Shown in pieces: positions 38,165 to 50,905 of a stretch of DNA of 64,000 bases. This DNA is from Lama guanicoe (Eukaryota), in the NCBI GenBank assembly GCA_013239625.1, contig MU053065.1, positions 1 through 64,000 on the forward strand, written 5' to 3'. Each line of letters begins with the position of its first letter. Positions within the stretch are counted from its first letter, which is position 1. The notes under the pieces were generated by a model. The model ran no database searches, was not told the origin of the DNA, and saw nothing but the letters and a program-made list of their open reading frames with translations. The translations under genes were made by a program, and so were the position numbers.

Positions 38165-38510
38165 CCTCCCAGCCCTGCCTCTGCCCCCACAGCCCCTGTC
38201 TCTGCCCCCGCAGCCCCGTCTCTGCCCCCCAGCCCCCGNNNNNNNNNNNNNNNNNNNNNNNNNNNNNNNNNNNNNNNNNNNNNNNNNNNNNNNNNNNNNN
38301 NNNNNNNNNNNNNNNNNNNNNNNNNNNNNNNNNNNNNNNNNNNNNNNNNNNNNNNNNNNNNNNNNNNNNNNNNNNNNNNNNNNNNNNNNNNNNNNNNNNN
38401 NNNNNNNNNNNNNNNNNNNNNNNNNNNNNNNNNNNNNNNNNNNNNNNNNNNACCCGCAGCCCCCGTCTGACCCCGCAGCCCCCGTCTCTGACCCCCACCC
38501 GCGCCCCCGC
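38165..38510. repeat. GC-rich ~20-bp minisatellite (cagccccgtctctgccccc-like unit) in EPC1 intron 7, spanning an assembly gap
   Basis: Units start at 38170, 38190, 38211 and 38230 and resume after the gap. Confidence 0.85.
38239..38451. other. Assembly gap (213 N)
   Basis: Run of N. Confidence 1.
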
Positions 38511-38516
38511 GCTCAC

Positions 38517-38693
38517 CTGGGACAGGGGCTCCTCATCCGAACTGGGGAAGTCGTACTGGTTCAGATCTTTCGCGTTGAAGCCGGGCAGCGCGGCGGGGCC
38601 GGCCTGCGGGGGCGCGGCAGCCGCGGCCGGCGGGAAGACTTTGGGCTTCTTTTCATATTTACGCTTGGGTCGGATGAGATCGGCTTTATCTTG
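38517..38693 (-). CDS. EPC1: EPC1 exon 7 (177 nt): QDKADLIRPKRKYEKKPKVFPPAAAAAPPQAGPAALPGFNAKDLNQYDFPSSDEEPLSQ
   Basis: Translated by hand; ctgcag|CAAGAT ... TCCCAG|gtgagc. Confidence 0.95.
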
Positions 38694-39708
38694 CTGCAGC
38701 GCGGGTAGGAATCAAACATGAGAAACCATGTTCAACAAAGTTTTGGAGAAGTTCTAAAAATAAGTTTACTGCTAACATGCAGGCATGCGCACTCAAGAGA
38801 CAAGACCCTTACAGTCAGTCATCTTACACGGTAAAGTCTTAGAGGTCGGTCTCTGAAAACATGAGGGTGCTCCTACAACCTACACATAATCAGCAGTATT
38901 CTGTTTTAATTAAAGTAAAAGAAGAGAAGTTCTCCAGCTTCTGAAATCCTATAATTGCAATTGGTATTCACTGCGGGCTTCTGTATCTTTTTTCTTAATT
39001 TTCTATGAAAATTCTAGGAGAGAATTTAAAAATGGGACGTCTAACCTTTATTCCAAAGAATTAACAAATCAGTACTGGGAAGGTAATAATGAAAACGATT
39101 TTATGCATATACAGCAAACTTCAGATAAGCATTAACACAGTGAAAGATAAATCCATAATGCTAAGGTACTGAAAAAATACAGAGCAGTAAGGACTTGCTG
39201 GCTGAACAACGAAGGCCCTTTGGAGCGGTGGATTTTGAGCAGTTGGACAGGTAAAGATATGAAATCACTCAACGGACGCACGGATAAAATACAAAGGCAG
39301 GAGGGACGGAGCGACGAACACAGGGAGGTCAGAACCGTGCAGGCAGGGGGGGCAGAGGCCGGGAGAGGTGCGTCCCATGCGAGGCCAACAGGCAGGAAAA
39401 GAGCAGAGGCAAAAATGTTTGTCCGGAAGAAAAAGATCACAGCAGGTATCACGGTTGTGTAAATATGCTAACTGTGTGTCAAGTTCTCTGCAGTTTAGGG
39501 CCTTCCCGTCCTTAAAGGAAAGTCGATGATGACACTAGAAGGTCGCTCTCTCCACAGCTGCTCCTGCCGCGCCCACGGGCCAGCCTGAAATCAGAAGCGC
39601 GCTTTGCGCGTCCTTCCTGGGCTTACATGTGCTTTCCTGTTTCCCTGATTCCGTGACAAGACACCACGCCCACGCTATGAGCTACTGTCACCGCAGAGCC
39701 CTTCTCAC

Positions 39709-39868
39709 CTTGCTGCCTTTGAACTCCTTGGCGTCCACCGCTTCCTGGTGTCGGTACTGGGCGCTGTTGGCGATGGGGGCGGCGGGCGCGGCGTACGCGG
39801 GCTTCCCGGGCTGTCTCTGCGCCAAAACCTCGGACACGATCTCGCCGCTGTAGTCGCCCAAGTTATAC
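39709..39868 (-). CDS. EPC1: EPC1 exon 6 (160 nt): YNLGDYSGEIVSEVLAQRQPGKPAYAAPAAPIANSAQYRHQEAVDAKEFKGSK
   Basis: Translated by hand; gacgcag|GTATAA ... AGCAAG|gtgaga; phase fits exons 5 and 7; unusually GC/CpG-rich. Confidence 0.93.
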
Positions 39869-40758
39869 CTGCGTCACCGGAAACGCAGCCTGAGAAGTTC
39901 GTTCCCTAAGCACTCATCCTCGCGACTGCCAACAACTAACTGAGACACAGTGACGAACACTGACGGCGGTGAGCGTGCGATGAGACCGCAGCTCCCCCCG
40001 GGCTGCTCGCTGAATGCTCATTAAAACTAAAGACTATGTAATTCCTACAGTCTCTTTCTTTTACTTTTTGGCTTATAGCTTTATCTCGGCACCATTAATA
40101 GACAACTGTGGGGAAAAAACAAAGGTTTAAATTTTAACATAACAATTCTGGTCAAAGATGTGGTGGAGATGTTCAAATTCATGCCTCAAATGGCGCTGAG
40201 GGACTTACTGCTAAATTCAGTTGCCTGTGCTATAAAACTAATTTTCCTGAAATGAACTGCAGGAAATTTAACAGTGGTTTTCCCTGGGAACAAGGACTAG
40301 GAAACAGGGGAGAGAGGCCCTCCCTGCTGAAGGGTCATCTGAGGGTTAGGTGTACATCATGGGCCTTTCCCCTCCCCCTCTCTATCTCCTTCTCTGTTAA
40401 AGAAACTCAGTAAGTGTTTAACATAAAAGTCAGTGCCATCTAGTGAATAAAATAAAAACTTTAAAAGTGGCAAGTGTTCTCTCCTTCACAGCCCTGCACA
40501 CAACTCAAGTAAGGGCAAAAGAACATGATTTCAAAATGGAAATACCTGGCATGTTTCACTTACTCAACCCAGTCACTTTCAAAGGAAATAAAGACAGGAA
40601 TTCACATAAAATTACACAGTGTGTCATCCTACACATCTCAACGGTCTCTGATTATTATGACAAGAATGTATTTCTGAAGTTACACACAAGTGCTTAGGAA
40701 ATAAGTCTACACAAAACACTAATGGTACCATACTTCTAATGCTATTAAAATATTTTAC

Positions 40759-40907
40759 CTCTTTTCCATAATTTCCAGTGTTAAGTGCAATAGCTCCCTT
40801 TTACTCTTTTCTCTTCTTTTTATCATCTCTAGAATAGTAACAGCCCGACTGAGATCTCGACGCAGCTTAAGCATTTTTTCGTAAGAGGCTTCATCATTTT
40901 TGCGATT
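40759..40907 (-). CDS. EPC1: EPC1 exon 5 (149 nt): NRKNDEASYEKMLKLRRDLSRAVTILEMIKRREKSKRELLHLTLEIMEKR
   Basis: ttgcag|AATCGC ... AAGAG|gtaaaa; ORF 40755..40946. Confidence 0.97.
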
Positions 40908-41293
40908 CTGCAAATATGAATTTGCTTGTTTAATGTCCATAAGCATGTCTAACTAGTGGCATTCTGAGTACAGCTGCTGATATAGAAGAATACATATATT
41001 TGAAGGGTTAGATTAGAACTTAAAGACACTGAAAAGGAACATGGATCACCAGGAAATCAACTATGAAAATGGTTTTTAAATGGATTAACCTTAAAATATA
41101 ATCATTAATAGCTCTGTAATGAATCTTAAGGTCGACTCACTTTAAACTGATACTTTTTCATTATATTGGATAGAAAGTCTGTCTAAACACCAATTAAAAC
41201 ACAGCCTTCAGATAACTGAGATATTCATAATCATAGACACATTTTCTTACATCAAAAAAAAAATTACAAAGAAATGTCCCCAGGGTCTCTTAC

Positions 41294-41500
41294 TTTTCGA
41301 GTCTGCATTTTTTCGGTGCGTCTTCTAAAAGCCACATAGGGGTCATTTGTGCTGGAGCCGTCTCGTTTCTCCTGTTTCACTGATGGGATGAGAGACGGCC
41401 CTCGACAGCTTTTCCTCTTTTTAATCCAGTATTCATAAACTTCTCTGATTAATTCATCATCTTCTTTTAGCAGTAGTTTGGCTTCCTGCAGACTGACTGG
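41294..41500 (-). CDS. EPC1: EPC1 exon 4 (207 nt): PVSLQEAKLLLKEDDELIREVYEYWIKKRKSCRGPSLIPSVKQEKRDGSSTNDPYVAFRRRTEKMQTRK
   Basis: Translated by hand; atttag|CCAGTC ... CGAAAA|gtaaga; contains the conserved DPYVAFRRR EPcA motif. Confidence 0.97.
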
Positions 41501-41589
41501 CTAAATGCAAAATCATTATGTCATTTTCACATAATATAAATAGAGGGTTCAAAAGTACTTCTAAATTTAAATAATAATCAGAACAACAT

Positions 41590-41800
41590 TAACAATAGCA
41601 AGCATGCTGAGAACCTTATACATGTCAGACAGTGAGCTAGATGCTTCATTTCAATTGTTTTAATTTTCACAACGAACCCTGTAATGCTTCTCCTCTCTAT
41701 CTCACAGATGGGGAAGCTGAGGCAGAGAAATTTAAACATATTGCTGAGGTGCTACAGGTTAGTAACGGACAGAGACAGCCTATGAACTCATGCTTGTCCG
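41590..41800 (-). mobile_element. MIR SINE
   Basis: tttaattttcacaacgaaccctgta...acagatggggaagctgaggcagagaaatttaaacatattgctgagg. Confidence 0.7.
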
Positions 41801-41896
41801 GAGCCTGCCCGTGTGCCCTCTCCCCAGTGTTATGCTGTTTCCACATAAAGATTTATACACACACACACTCTTACTATATATACAGTGAAGATCTAC

Positions 41897-42042
41897 CTGC
41901 TGACCACTGCCTTTTTCTAGACGGTCAATCATTTCCTCAAATTGCAATGGGCAGATGTCCATTTTCTTCTTCAGTTTATTCACAAACACTTCATCTTCAG
42001 AATCCAAATCATAGTCGGGCTGTTCGGCATCCAGGCTAAAAG
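41897..42042 (-). CDS. EPC1: EPC1 exon 3 (146 nt): FSLDAEQPDYDLDSEDEVFVNKLKKKMDICPLQFEEMIDRLEKGSGQQ
   Basis: tgtcag|CTTTT ... CAGCAG|gtagat; ORF 41780..42085. Confidence 0.97.
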
Positions 42043-43779
42043 CTGACAAAAGAAACCATAGCCAACATTTACTACGTGAACGCACTGACCAAGGCCTCCC
42101 ACAGGTGTCTGGATAATTTCTAAAGGAATAAGAAAGACTTTTTTTAAGATTTTGTTTTCAGACTCACAACGTAAACTTCCCACATTTAAAGTTTAAGAAA
42201 GAAGATCATCTTTACTGTTAAGATAAAAGTAATGCACAATATGGGTGTGACCCCTCCCCCACGCCCCAAAGAAACTAGAAGCCCATTAAGAACATAAGGA
42301 GACTGTTAAATGTCCTGGGCTGAACTGTGTGAAAAATTATGTAGCTCAGAAATGAGGCAGTATCAGTAATTCCATGTAATCTGACACAATGATGAAAGGA
42401 GAGGCTCTCTAAGCAAGATCGTTCCTAGAATATTTAGGTCCTGCTTTATAGATCACTTAACGACTTTACCAAAAGCTCAGGGAGTGGCATTTAAAGCTGA
42501 CACATCAGAAGCCATTGCCAACAGCGCGCAGAGCTGTCTGCGGGAGAGTGCGTTCCCGCCACGGAGGCGCATCCGCTGGTGAGAATCGTCCCCTGGTGAG
42601 AATTGCTCTCATGGTGAAACGTGGGGTGTTCCTTAGACTTGCCAAGAGTTGAAGAAAAGGGCAAGAACCACTGCTTCATACTATTCCACCAAATGTCATT
42701 CAATTCCTTACCAAAACTAAACTAGTTTGATAATAAGTAAAACATTAAGAAGCTTGATATCAAAGTCTGTCTCACACCTTTCCCTGCTTTAACTCCTCCC
42801 TCCTAATTCCCCATCTCCTTCAAATCCAAATCCTTGGAATCGTAGGAGCCCCCTTCTGACCCAGGCTCCTCAGCAAATTTCATGTATTTCAAACAGCAGG
42901 CTCCTTCATGTCTTCAGGCCTTTCCATTGGCTACTTTCCACCTGTCCACCTAGCAAAGGACTATTCAAATCTTCTCAGAAACCAGCCTGACAGCTAGTCC
43001 AGTGAAGTCTGACCACCCTCCACCCAGTGAGCGGTTCCGTACCACATTCATCTTTTGTAGAAGCTATGAACCCTCTCCCCAGAAAAACAGCACAAGCACA
43101 CAACACTCAGCACAAATTACAAGCAATTCAGACGTCCCTAAAAGCTTGTGGCACCAAGGTGAAAAATCCTGTTCTAGATCACCCTCCTCCTTTTGTACTG
43201 TTTTTCGCACATACTTTATAACCTGCTTGTTAAGCATTCGAATGTGCTCGATGTCCTTGAGAGGAGGCACTTTGTCTTATTTTTGTTTCTCTCTGTACCG
43301 CCAGTGCAGAGACAGTAAATTCATCATCACGCCCACTCTGCTCGCAGTCCTCCAGTGAAAAGCATTTGGATTGACTCTATTCAAGCGGGGAAAAAACCTG
43401 AAAAAAATCCGCTGGGACAAGAGGGGGCTGTCTGGCACCCCAAATCTGCCATCCCTGACTCAAGTTTAACACAGTATCTGGACCACACGAATCCAGTACA
43501 CATTTGTAGAACTGAACACACTGTACCACTGTTTCATTTTCATTTTGACCTGTATCACACTTCTGTAACATCCCTAACTGAATGAATATTCACATTCCTT
43601 CATAAAAACCTCTGTATTAACATCTCTGTACTCATGTTTCTTGCAACCATAGGCCCTCCAATGATTTTCCATCATCTAATTCTGTTACTGCTATAGCAGT
43701 ATTTGGAGATTTCAAAGTGGATTAAAACTCTGTTGGATTAAACACAGTTGTTTTTCTGTCCTTAACCAAAAAAATTCGT

Positions 43780-43985
43780 ATCTCTGTTGTTCAACAGTCA
43801 CACTAGCCACATGTAACTACATTTAAATTAACTTAATGAAATCAAAAATTCAGTCCCCTGGTTACAGCAGTCACATTTCAAGTGTTAATTAGTACATGTG
43901 CTAGTGGCCAGTGCTGTAGCAGACACTACAGATTATTAAAACATTTCCATTATCACTGAAAGTTCTACTAAATAACGGTGACCCA
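43780..43985 (-). mobile_element. MER3-like DNA transposon
   Basis: cactagccacatgt...aaaattcagtcccc...cacatttcaagtg...aacatttccattatcactgaaagttcta. Confidence 0.7.
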
Positions 43986-44253
43986 GATACTCCAGAAAGC
44001 CAAACTGACAGGGACCAGCCATCAAAGTTCCTCCTTCTTAAGGGTGCATTTTATATGTTTTTAGGTATCATGTGCACGTCTGAGATACTTCCAGCATACA
44101 CTGTATCACCAATGACAAGTCACAGCCGACCAACCAGGGAATGGAATCCAGACAGGAAAGGAAGGCTCCCACCCTGGAGACCTCTGTGTCTTTCCCACCG
44201 AAGTCGACACGCACCTGGGGGTCAGACTGCTCTTGCCTCTGCAAGCTTTTCTT

Positions 44254-44295
44254 AATTCTGTTTTCTGTTTTAATGGAGGTACTGGGGATTGAGCC
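44254..44295 (-). mobile_element. 5'-truncated tRNA-Ala SINE (B-box half plus tail only)
   Basis: taatggaggtactggggattgagccc; perfect TSD caagcttttctt at 44242-44253 and 44296-44307. Confidence 0.85.
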
Positions 44296-44955
44296 CAAGC
44301 TTTTCTTTAGTTAGTGCAAACACATCTAAGATCTTAAAATATGAGGAGAACCAAATCTTGTTCAGATATAAAATATCACAGCCCTAGAGAAAAGCTACCA
44401 TGTAAAAATTCACTTTAGGATTTCATCCGCCCAAAAACCCACAGCCGGTGATTAAAGTGCAATTTGGCTTCAGCCAAACCTGAAGCTTCCAAACTGACAG
44501 CTCAACCACAGCTGCAACACACTTACAGCGAGTGGTCCTAGAAGCAGGAGCATCTTCAAATTCCCTGGGCCGTGTTACTGAGTGGAGAAGAGGGTCTGAA
44601 GAGAAAGGGAAAGGAGTCGCCTCTTCTAATTAAGCTCTGCCATTGCACGTGAGACCCACCCGGCCAGTAACTGGTGAACAACAGGAGCCGTACTGGAGAG
44701 GCTGACTCCTTCAAGAATGCCCGGATAGGGATAAACCCAGGTACGTGCACAGCCAAACAAAACACAGCACTCCACACAGGAAAAAAGCCTAAGCAGAAGG
44801 AACACAGCAGCACATAGCGGCCGACTGTTTAAAGGAGACACAAAGAGGTGAGACCGCTGGTGAAATGTACGTAAACGTCCACGTAACAGACGCCTCCTTA
44901 CGGCTCAGGCCAAGTGCACGTGGGTGGGACGCCCATAGCGCCAAACAGCACTTTT

Positions 44956-45095
44956 GTTTATTTTTTGGCAGTGTTTGTGTGTTTGTTTGGGGGGGGCTAA
45001 GTTTATTTACCTATTTATTGTGATGGCAGCCCTGGGGTTTGAACCCAGGACCTTGTGCATATGCACTCTACCACTGAGCTACACCCTCCCCTCCG
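44956..45095 (-). mobile_element. tRNA-Ala-derived SINE
   Basis: SINE body; TSD aacagca(c/t)tttt. Confidence 0.87.
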
Positions 45096-45739
45096 AACAG
45101 CATTTTTAAACTACAGGAAGCAAATAATGAAAGGGCATTTGAGTCTGTGAAACAGCACAAAATGTGGATTAGGAACAGGATGTAACTCCTGACTGGAAAG
45201 AAGGCGCATGCGTCAAGGCGGAGGAGAAACCTCGCCCAGCGGGGATGGCAGAAGGTGTCAGTTCAAGTGCCAACTCAGTGACCGGTAATACCGATTCGCC
45301 AAGCCCAGGAGGCAAATTCTGGGCAGCAGAAAAGACTGTCATAAAGGTGGCACTTAGTGCGGGGTGGTAGGTATCTGACCTCTTTGCTTAGACCTAAGCA
45401 GACAAAGCATCACTGGCTAGCCAGATCATGAAACTCTTCAGCTTGTTCACATTTATAAACAACAGAGCTTGGAGTCACTTCAAGGTCGTACTCAGGGAGA
45501 GCAAATGGAGAAGCCCTGACGTGAAGGACCTGAGATCCCAGCTGTGAAGTCCTTTGTGATACAGCAGTGTTTGATGCTATGGGTGCTGTCTGTGAGAAAG
45601 CAGAACCAGAAGAACGCTGGGGGGAAGTGGAGGCAGGCAGAAGGAAGGAGAAAAAGGAGCCTTTCAGAACCAGGGCACACAGGCTGTGTCTGCTCTGAGA
45701 GGTAGTAAAAAAGTAGGTTCTACAAGGATCTATTTTTAA

Positions 45740-47000
45740 AAATATTTTTATTCAGAAATAAATTCAAACTTATAAAAGCTTCAAAATATAGTACAAGGAA
45801 CACCTGCATATCCTTTACCCAGAATCACCTGCTGTTGAAATTTTATTCCACTTTATTATTTGCATGTGTGTCCCCCCCACACACACACGCGCGTAGACAC
45901 CCGCACACACATCTTCTGAACCGTCGCAGAGTAAACTGCCTCCCTAGCGCCTCTGCCGCCACACTTCAGAGTGTGTTTCCTAAGACAGAGGGCCTCTCGC
46001 GCAGCAGCAGCAGACATCAGCTTTCCGTTCCCATCCTGCCAGCCGAGCCGGCCGTTCGCAGGTCCCCACTCCAGCACAGGACCAGCCAGGGACCAGGGCT
46101 TACTCTCCACTCTCCTTCTTGTCTCTTTAGCCTCCTTTAATTTGTAACATCTCCATAGCCTCTGTCTTTAAGATGTTTCCTGAAGGACACATCCCTCTCC
46201 CCAGGATTTTATGTTTGTTTGTTTAGGTGAAGTACTGCTGACAGACTGCGTTCTGTTAGTTTCAGGTGTTGCTAGCAGCACATTCTTCACTCCGTGGGTC
46301 TGATTTTCCTGGCACAGTGAACATTCAACTTCTTAGTCCTTCTCAGGGTCTCCGACCTAGAGGCACACAGTGTTCATCTGTTCCTCATCAGTGGTGGTAA
46401 TTTTGATCATGAGACAAGGAACTACCCAGTCACCCCATTATGTCCCTGCTGTCCCATGCCGCCTGTAACAGATAAGCAGTTTGTGGGGAGAGTTAAGGCC
46501 GTGCAAATACCCTGCTCTCAGCAGAACCTCCTCCCATACTGAGCACACGCTGGAGTCTCTTGTGTGACTGCACCCCGACCGTGAAGGCTGTGAGCCCAGC
46601 CTCTCTTCTCTCCACACCACACCACCCGGCTACAGGAGTCCTCTGCTGCAGAACCACGTGACTGCTTAGTACCAGGACGGACTCAGGAACTCCCACTTCC
46701 TGCGGTTTATGGTTTGTCACTGTGCATAATTACTCCGCTTCTCAGGATGTCCCAGAATCAGCCAGTGGACAGGCCTCTGCCATTTTTTAAGTGCTTAATT
46801 TCTGGCACAAGATGTTGCAGGTTATCCTGTACTTACCCTGCCCCAGCCCTGGAATTGGCCATTTCTCCGCATAGTCCTGGCCTTCTTTAGTGGGGAACAG
46901 GTCAGAGAGCAGGCACTAGGTATGCACACTGCTACTCAACACTTTTGCTTCTTGGCCCAACCAGTGGACAGAACTGGAAATGCACGTGTCTGTATCTGTA
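45740..47000 (-). mobile_element. Ancient L1M(C/E)-type 3' region
   Basis: ttttattcagaaataaattcaaacttataaaagcttcaaaatatagtacaaggaacacc...; ttctggcacaagatgttgcagg...cagccctggaattggccatttctcc. Confidence 0.55.
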
Positions 47001-47849
47001 CACGCACGTACTTACACAAATGCACACCAAGACTGCTCCTTTAAAGAAGGCTTCCTTTGAGGATTAACAGGAGAAAACCTTGAGAACCAAGTTCAAGGGG
47101 AAGGGAGAGAGAACTGCTCTGTCCTTTCTTCCAGAAGGAAGAGGAAAAGGGGAAGTCCCAGCTGTATAACCTGAAGCCTTATGGATCACCCATCAAAAAG
47201 AAACCACAGTAAGACCCTCTGGATCAGGAGATGCTGAATAGCACCCTGAGATATTTTGGAAAGTACCCACAGTCTGGAACTAAAGGCGGCAATAATGGTT
47301 TTAATACAGGTTTCTTCCTGCACAGCTCTGACTGGGATAAAAGAGAGAAAATTATGATCTCTTTCCTAAGCTGGCTGAAGACAAAAATAAAGTCGAGATT
47401 TTCCAAACAAATGTTCAATGAAATGTTAACAGATACATGTAATGAATACATTTGAAAACTGCTGGGTTAAAATAAAGTTTTTTTTTTAACTGCAAGATTC
47501 CCAGAGCCCATAAACATAGTAATATGCGTTACAACTCTGGGAGTGGAAAGGGAATTTATATGCAATAATTCTCAAACGTGTTTGATCATGACTTTTTTAG
47601 GCAATACTAATTACCATCCTAGAAATTCCATGGAAGTTTGTGTAACATTAGCTTAAGAGTTTTATAAAATTGAAATTAGGAGAATTGAAATGAACCAGTC
47701 TATATATATATAATTCGAGGCAATTACCCATCATAAGCAATTTCTTAGACCACCTGGCAGTCAAGATTCAATTTTAACTTCACAGAAATTTACAGTATAA
47801 CTAGCTTTTCTGTGTATTATAGTATATTAAAAAGCCAGTATCAATTTTT

Positions 47850-50320
47850 AAAGAATTAACATCAGTTTTACACAATCTCTTCCAGAAACCAGAGTAAAAG
47901 GGAACACTTCCAACCTGGTTTTTGAGGACAATATTACTTTGATACCAAAATCTGACAAGACTGAGCACACACACAAAACAGACTACCACCAGTATTTTTC
48001 ATGAACTCAGATGCAAAACTCAGTAAGATCCCAGCCAACAACATATCAAAAAAATACACACGACAGCCAAGTGGGATTTATTCCAGGTATGCAAGGCTGG
48101 TTCACTATTCAAACCCAACCAATGCAACCTACCGTATCAACAGGCTAAAGAAAAATAATCACATGACCTTATCAACTGATGCAGAAAAGCATTTGACAAA
48201 CTCAACAGTCATGATAAAAACTCTCAGCATACTAGGAATAGAGGGGAAAAGCAACACAAAAAAACCTACAGGCGGCATGACACTTAGTGGTGGAAGGCTG
48301 AATTCTTTCCCTCCAGGACCAGGGACAAGGCAAGGATGTAGGTTCTTAACACTCTTATTTTAACATCATATTCAAGTTCTAACCACGATACTAAGGCAAG
48401 AAAGAGAAATTAAAGACATACAAGTTGGAAAAGAAAAAATAAAACTATCTCTACTTGCAGACTACAACATGACTTTCTATATAGAAAATTCCAAAGAATT
48501 TGCAAACATCTTCTAGACCTAATATGTAATTTCAGTTAAGGCCACAGGACATAAGCTCAATACACAATTCAACTGCATTTCTGTCAGTGAACAAGTGGAA
48601 ACCAAAATCGAAAGTGCAATACCATTTTCAATTGTTCCAAATGCATAAAACAGGTATAAGTCTTCTAAAAAGTACGAAAAAGATATGGATCTGGATGATG
48701 AAAATTATCAAGTGTCAACGAAAGAAGTCAGAGCAGATCTGAACGCCTGGAAAGTCACACAGTGGTCACGGATTGGGAGACTCAACATAGCAAAGATGCC
48801 AGTTTTCCCTACGGTGACCTGTAAGTTTCATGCAATCCCCATCAAAATCTCGGCAAATTCTCTGCACATGCAGATGAACTTATTCTAATACTTACAGGGA
48901 GAAGCCCTCAAGCACCCAAAGCAACTTTGAAGGAGGAAAATGAAGGAGGAGGCCCTCTCCCTGACGGCAGGGCCATCACACAGCTGCAGGGGTCACGGCA
49001 GCGGCACCGTCCAGGACTCAGAGGTGAATGGAGCAGAACCCAGAACCAGGTTCACACCAATATCCCTAATTAATGTTTGGCGGAGAAGCAAAAGCAATTC
49101 AACGGAGGAGGGATCACTTTTTCAATAAATGGCGCTGGAGTAATCAGGTATCGGGGGTAGGGGTGCGGGGCGGGGGGCGAGAAACACCATGACCTAAACC
49201 TCACACTCAAAATGACCATACACTTAAGTGTAAAGTGTAAAACTGTGATATTTCTAGAACAGGTCATAGGAGAAAGTCTTGACACCCAGAGCAAAACAAA
49301 GAGTATTCTTAGAGTTGACAGCAAACTCATGACTCATAAGACGAACATTGGTAAGTAGATCTCATCAAAATTAAAAACAACCTCTGCTCTGTGAAAGGCT
49401 CTGCTAAGAGAATCAAGACAAATTACAGCCTGGGAGAAAGTATTTTCAAATCATATATATGACAAAGACTTGTGTCTAGAATATGCAAACAAAACAAAAT
49501 GCTTAGCACTCAACATTAAAACAATCTAATTGGAAAATGGGCAAAAGACATGTGCAGTCATTTCACCAAAGAGGATACAGAGATGGCAAACACACAAAAG
49601 GACGGTTAACCTATCAGCCATTTAGAGAAACACAAACTTAAAGCACAATGAGGTATCGCTGCACACCTGATGAGAATGGCTAAAACGAGTGACAGTCTCA
49701 GACGCTGGCCAGGGCACAGAGAGAAGCTGGATCACACACACACTGCTGCTGCTAACGTGAGACGGCACAGCTGCTCTCAGGCTTCACGCACAAGTTCTTG
49801 TCAAACTGGAAACGGATGACCCAGCAACTACACTCACAGGACTCTGTCCCAGGGAAATAAAATTTATGCTCACACAAAACTCTGCGCATGGGTGTTCACA
49901 GCGGCTGTATTTGTAATGGTTAGAACCTGGAAACTACCCAAAGGCCTTCCAGTGGGTGAACGGTGCAACACTGTGAGGCACAGGCACTACGGGAGGACCA
50001 CTCAGCAACAGGAAGGGAGGATCTGCCGACACGAGACAGCCTGGATGAACACTGAGGGCGTCACGTGAAGTGAGAGAAATCCCACCTCAGAAGCACAGGC
50101 ACTGCATGACTGCCTTCACGTTACGATCATCAGCTAACAGCTACAGAGATGGAGAACAGATCAGCGGCTGCCAGGGGCTAGGGATGGGCTTAAAGGAGCA
50201 GCAAGGTGGTGTCTCGTGATGGTACAACTGAGTGTCTCAGTCACAGCAGTGCTTATACAAGGCTTCACATATTGTTCTGTGAATCTATAATCATTCAAAA
50301 CAAAATGTTAAAAGAAATTC
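47850..50320 (+). mobile_element. Old L1M, ~2.5 kb (RT through 3'UTR), antisense to EPC1
   Basis: ORFs 48001..48363 (INRLKKNNHMTLSTDAEK, GTRQGC) and 48685..48888 (WSRIGRLNIAKM...IPIKI) are degraded L1 ORF2. Confidence 0.9.
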
Positions 50321-50761
50321 AAAGGCAGCTAACACTAATTTAGCTTACTGTCTTTATTAATATTCCGATTTTTCCAAATGTCTATCTTTTCAAATGTGTA
50401 CTGATTAAAAATTTTTTCCCAAATAATTTATAATTCTGTTTCCGTTTTATTACTATTAGATTACAATGTCAGCAAACTCAATTCCTCTTCCGATACAGCA
50501 CCCTTCGACTTTTCTGACCATAATTTAATCTACTCGTTACCAATAAAATGTGATCTGTGTCCCAGTACCCCCATTAAAATAAATACATACATGCCTAATT
50601 ACCACCCCCCCACCACCCAAAAATGTGTGTGTGGATTTTGGTCATCAATAAGCAGTTATTTGTAAAACCTGCATTCAGAAATTTTTTATAGTAATGATAA
50701 TGTAAATTGATTAATGTAATTTTATCTTGCTCAATCCTGCTTTAACTTAAAAGCATGTATT

Positions 50762-50905
50762 TTTTAAAAATTATTTATTTTACTTTTGGGGGGAGGGGAG
50801 ATAATTAGGTTTATTTATTTATTTTTAGAGGGGGCACTGGGGATTGAACTCAGGACCTCCTGCATGCTAAGCACGCGCTCTATCCCTGAGCTACACCCTT
50901 CCCCC
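50762..50905 (-). mobile_element. tRNA-Ala-derived SINE
   Basis: SINE body; TSD aaagcatgt. Confidence 0.9.

Noticed and set aside
37955..38516. ORFs spanning the N run
   Set aside because: Artefacts of the assembly gap and the minisatellite.
48001..48888. Reverse-transcriptase-like ORFs
   Set aside because: Fragmented, frameshifted old L1 ORF2; not an intact or novel RT system.
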